Origin: Sminthopsis crassicaudata
Lineage: Eukaryota
Length of the DNA stretch: 64,000 nt
Direction: 5' to 3'
Assembly: GCF_048593235.1 (NCBI RefSeq)
Contig: NC_133617.1
Span: 73,368,937 to 73,432,936 of the forward strand
Within the stretch, counting starts at the first letter, position 1; each line of letters starts with the position of its first letter. The notes under the pieces are model-generated. The model saw only the letters and a program-made list of their open reading frames with translations, made no database searches and was not told the origin of the DNA. The position numbers were made by a program, and so were the translations under genes. Shown here one piece after another: positions 59,395-64,000 of this stretch.

Positions 59395-60660
59395 TTTACT
59401 TTTATAATAACTTTTTCTTTTTTTTTTTTCCCTTTTCTTATTTTTCTTTTTTCTTTATAGCTTTTTATTTACAAGATATATGCATGGGTAATTTTTCAGC
59501 ATTGATCCTTGCAAAACCTTTTGTTCCAATTTTTCCCCTCCTTCTCCCCACCCCCTTCACCAGATGGCAGGTAGACCAATACATGTTAAATATGTTAAAG
59601 TATTTGTTAAATGCAATATATGTATACATATCCATACAGTTATTTTGCTACACAAGAAGAACTGGACTTTGAAATAATGTACACTTAACCTGTGAAGAAA
59701 ATAAAAAATGCAAGCGGACAAAAACAGAGGGATTGGAAATGCTATGTAGTGGTTCATACTCATTTCCCAGAGTTCTTTAGCTGGGTGTTAGCTTTTTATT
59801 TTTCACAATACATGCAATGATAGTTTTCAGCATTCACCTGTGAATTCCAATTTTTCTTCCTCCCTTTCCTGGTCCCCTGTCCCTTAGACACTAAGTAATC
59901 CAACATAGGTTAAATATATGCTGTTCTTCTAAACATATTTCCACATTTATCATGACATACAAGAAAAATCAGATAAAAAAGGAGGAAAAAAAAAAAAGAA
60001 AGAAAAAAATAAGCAAACCCAATAACAACAAGGGTGAAAATACTGTGTTGTGATTCACATACAGTCCCCACAAATCTCTCTCTGGATGCAGATGGTTCTC
60101 TATTAAAATCGGGGCAGCAGTGGATAGAGCACCAGCCTTGAATTCAGGAAGACCCGAGTTCCAATCTGGTCTCAGACACTTAATACTTCCTAGCTGTGTG
60201 ACCCTGGGCAAGTCACTTAACCCCAGCCTCAGGGAAAAAGAAAAAAAAAAAAAAAAAAAGAATTGGCCTAAATCTCCTCCTTGTTGAAAAGAGCCAAGTC
60301 CACCATAGTTGATTATTACATAATCTTCTTGTATGTACAATGTTCTCTTGGTTCTACACATTTCACTTAGCATCAGTTCATATAAATCTCTCCAGTCCTT
60401 TCTGAAATCATCCTACTGATTGTTTCCTATAGAACAATAATATTTTATCATTCACATACTATAACTTATTCAGTCATTCCCTAATAGTCATCCACTCAGT
60501 TTCCAGTTCCTTGCCGCTACAAAAAGGGCTGCTACAAACATTTTTGCACCTTTGTGTCTTTTTGCCTTTTTTATGATCTCTCTGGGATTCAGACTCAGTA
60601 GTGAGACTGCTGGATCAAAGGGAACAGTTTGATGTCCTTTTGAGCATAGTTCCAAATTTT
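59395..60660 (-). mobile_element. Two adjacent L1 3'-end fragments (about 59395-59790 and 59790-60660), the second interrupted by a SINE
   Basis: Similar to L1 3'UTR copies at 42890 and 53520; boundaries approximate. Confidence 0.75.
60111..60259 (+). mobile_element. WSINE1-like SINE with a 10-nt head deletion and long A tail
   Basis: ggggcagc|agtggatagagc lacks taggtggtgc relative to the other copies. Confidence 0.88.
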
Positions 60661-61699
60661 TTCAGAAAGGTTGGACTTTCTTTAAAACTTTAGTTTGGAT
60701 ACTCTTAATATAGCAGAGATTAAAGTTTATTATCCTTGACCCTTTTCTTCATGTCAATTTCATCATCAGTTTAAAATATTTAAAGTAAAAAAATTGGGTA
60801 TTGTCTTTTAAATACTTCAAAAGGAAATATATTTGTAACATGTAAAGAAAATCTTAGGTATAATTGCCTCCTTTTATTTTGTGCTATTCTTGTTCCTGTC
60901 CCTAACTTTTTTCTAAAAGGTTCTTTCAGTTATATATTGCCATTACATAATCTTTTCCAGATGTCATTGATATCTTTATGCCATTTGTTGAATACAAGTT
61001 ATGAAAAATGAGTAGTGTCTATAATAATAAATACTATATACTATACTATATAATAGACTGTACTATATACTATAATAATAATTACTGACTCCTATAGCCT
61101 TTTAAAGTTTAAAAACTATTATATAAGTGTCTTAAACCCTCACAGCAATCCTTTGAGGGAAGCACTGCAAGTAATGTTTTCCCATTTTATGTTATAAATC
61201 CCATGATTTATGTTAAATCAATCATATACATTTGTTAAGCATCATGTTAAAGATTGAGGATAGATACAAAAGACAGTAGAGACAAAAGACAGTTGCTGCC
61301 CTCAAGGATATAACAATCTAATGGGGGAAACAACATGTACAAAATAAGCTTTATACAGGATAAATTAGAAATAATTAGCAGAAAGTACTGGGATTAAGAA
61401 GGGTTAGTGAAGACTACCTCTTAAGAAGATGGATTTTAGTTGGTAGTTAAAAGAAACTTAAGAGATCAGTAGTTGGTGTAGAGGAGAGAGAACATTCCAG
61501 GCATGGAAGCCAGCTAGATAGAATGCCCAGAACCAATATCCATTATCTGTTCTCCAAGACCAAAATTAGTGGTTATAAGCTATCACCTTCTTTTTAATGT
61601 TCTTTTAATTTACATATTATAGTCACTATGTCTATTCTTCTGGTTTTGCTTTTTCATTTTTTAACAAAAAACATTTGTCATTTCTTATAAGAGTAATTA

Positions 61700-62050
61700 A
61701 AAGGATAGTTATAAATGTGTAAAAAGGAAACAGAATCACTCAAAACAACCAGCTTTATCAAGAAAAGATCATTTTCGATTAATCTAATTTCCTTTTTTTG
61801 AGAGAGTTACTAAAGACTGGGAGAACTGAGAAATACCATAGAAATGGCTTACCTGAATTTCAGCAAAATTTTTCATGTAATCTTATGTTATTTATATGGA
61901 CAAGATGGAGGGATATGGACTGGATATGATGGAAATAATTAGTTGGTATGGGAACTATTTAAATGACTAGAACCAGGGTCATCACTAAAAAATTAATGTC
62001 AACTTGGAGGGATATCTATAATAAAGACAACCTATCCTTGATCTTTATCT
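61700..62050 (+). mobile_element. Degraded L3/CR1 reverse-transcriptase-region fragment
   Basis: Resembles the CR1/L3 consensus from memory (tacctgaatttcagcaaaat...gaactatttaaatgactagaaccaggg); approximate. Confidence 0.5.
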
Positions 62051-64000
62051 GTTTAGTTGTTTATTTTTATTTAGTTATTTATTTATTTTACTAATTACAA
62101 AAAGACGAGGGAATAATATGACACAATGGAAAGAGATCTGGATTCAGGTCCTTTTGGTATATATGGACTATGTGATCATGGACAGGTCACCTAATCTCTC
62201 AGTGTCCCGTGGAATTCTTAAGACCCTGTAATTTGTAGAGAAGGTCACATTCTGAATTGGTAGAAGTTATTTGTTATGTGCTAAAACTCACAGTTCTAGA
62301 AAACAAACAAAATAAAAAATGAATCAGACTTACCAAATTTACAGAAGACATTGTGTGCATGCAGAGCTGAACAATCATTCATATGAGAGATAACTGTTGA
62401 GGAGTTTGAGTGCTCTGAAAGTGGGAGATACAAGTATCCTATGGCAGTCCAATAATATGTTCACATGCTTTAACAGAAAGATAATTAATGTTCAGAAGAA
62501 AGGATATGATTGCTAACTTTGTATTTTAAAGGCTTTCATATGAAAGGGATGATTGAAGCTGTTCTTGATTCTACAATGCAGGACTAGGAGCTTTAGGTGG
62601 AATCTGCAAAAAAAGTTTTAGGCTTACTCTAAAGAAGGAAGGGGAGAGGCAAAAGATCGAAAGGTAGAGGACAGTGAGAGCCCTGGAGCTAGAAATAAAG
62701 TCTGAAGCCATAGAATCCAACCCTCTTATTTTACAAATGAGGAAATTGAGACCCAGCCAACTTTGTGACCTTGTTTGTATCACACAGGTAGTAAGCATCA
62801 GAGGCAGAATTTTAACTCAGGTCCACAGGTTCCAGGTTACCATATTGTGAAGTGGACAAATGATTTGCAGAACAAAAGTTAGAAACATGCAGTAATTTTG
62901 ACATTAGACTATATAAGCTTGGGCATAAATTCTGATACAAGGTTCTGATTTTTCTTATAGGAAACTTATTTCTTTACAGTTTTCTTCTACTACTTTTTAG
63001 TTCAAATTGGAATATTCCTAAACTCAATCTATAAGTTTAGCTGTTCATTTATTTACAAATTTTTATTTTGAAAAGGGTAGCATTTCCAAGAGCTTTGACA
63101 TAGCCATTTTTATGAATTTTGAGACCTTTTTCTTTAGCACTGTTGCCATGTGCAAAAATATCTGGAGAGGAAAACAAGCCTAAACAAAATGACATATCAT
63201 TTTTATTTTGGCATCAGCAATCTCATACAGTTCATTACAGAATTGCAGATTTTTAATTAATGATATGTAAATATATTGTAATGAATTTAATTTGCATATT
63301 GAGTGAGGTTTCAGCACCTTGGGTGGTTATGTATTTTAATTACTGATTAATTAGAAATGATGGAAATTTCATTTGGCTTAGTATAATTATTCTACATTTT
63401 GATGAACATTTAGAGAGTCTTAAGCTGGAGAATGCATAATACCATGTGCTACAGCAGTGATTTTATAGATTGTTAAAAGAATGTAAAAAATTGTGGCTTG
63501 AGGAATGAGAAATTTTAGTAAATCTAAAGAAAAATACATTTAAGTTCTGTTTAAAGAAACTAACTTATCACATTTTTCTAAAAATATAGGTATCAGTAAA
63601 ACCTCATATTCTAAATATTCCATTATGAGTTAGGATTTGTAACTGAAATTTTACTTTCTTTATAGAGACAATGTTAGGTGGTGGCTAGGTTTCAAAACTA
63701 TCTCTTAAAGGCCTGTTTAACCCAGAATTGTATGCTTCTCTGTTGAACCAGACCTTGGTAGGAAGACTCTCAGGAGAAAATACGGCAGAGGGTTTTTTTT
63801 TTTATTCCCTCCCAAAAGTTCTTTCCCCGCCCCCAAGTTTTCTCACTTCTCTACAAGTTTAGAAAATTTCTAAACCTCTTTAAATGCATGTGTTGTTTCT
63901 TCTTTAATCCAAGTGAGAGAAAAGTTCCAGTATTGCTAGCTCTCCATCTCATCTGTTTCTTATATATTTGTTCTTCCTTTTATGCCCCGTTTTTATGAAA

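Noticed and set aside
61021-61085. AT-rich quasi-palindromic tactatatactata repeats
   Set aside because: Low-complexity decay; no spacer/repeat array structure and not CRISPR-like.

Overview
Vertebrate genomic DNA, almost certainly marsupial and probably dasyurid: the window carries WSINE1-like and MAR1-like CORE-SINEs and marsupial-type L1 3' ends, and has one 311-N assembly gap. I rebuilt exon structures by hand from splice sites and reading-frame phase. The genes are UBL5 (-), FBXL12 (+), CHCHD5 (-), ATP13A1 (+, 26 exons), GMIP (+), LPAR2 (+) and the first two exons of PBX4 (+). The rest is AT-rich, repeat-dense PBX4 intron. Best lead: two unexpected coding exons upstream of the human-type GMIP first exon splice in frame into GMIP and appear to restore the N-terminal helical bundle of its paralogs ARHGAP45/ARHGAP29, implying long and short GMIP isoforms from two promoters. 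Other highlights: (1) gene adjacencies that are separated in human, with CHCHD5 head-to-head with ATP13A1; (2) two U12-type minor introns in UBL5; (3) an apparently lost GMIP exon; (4) an ancestral-type PBX4 N-terminus; (5) altered LPAR2 motifs; (6) nested TE insertions with target-site duplications (TSDs). All comparisons to human or other proteins are from memory and need database confirmation; no searches were run.
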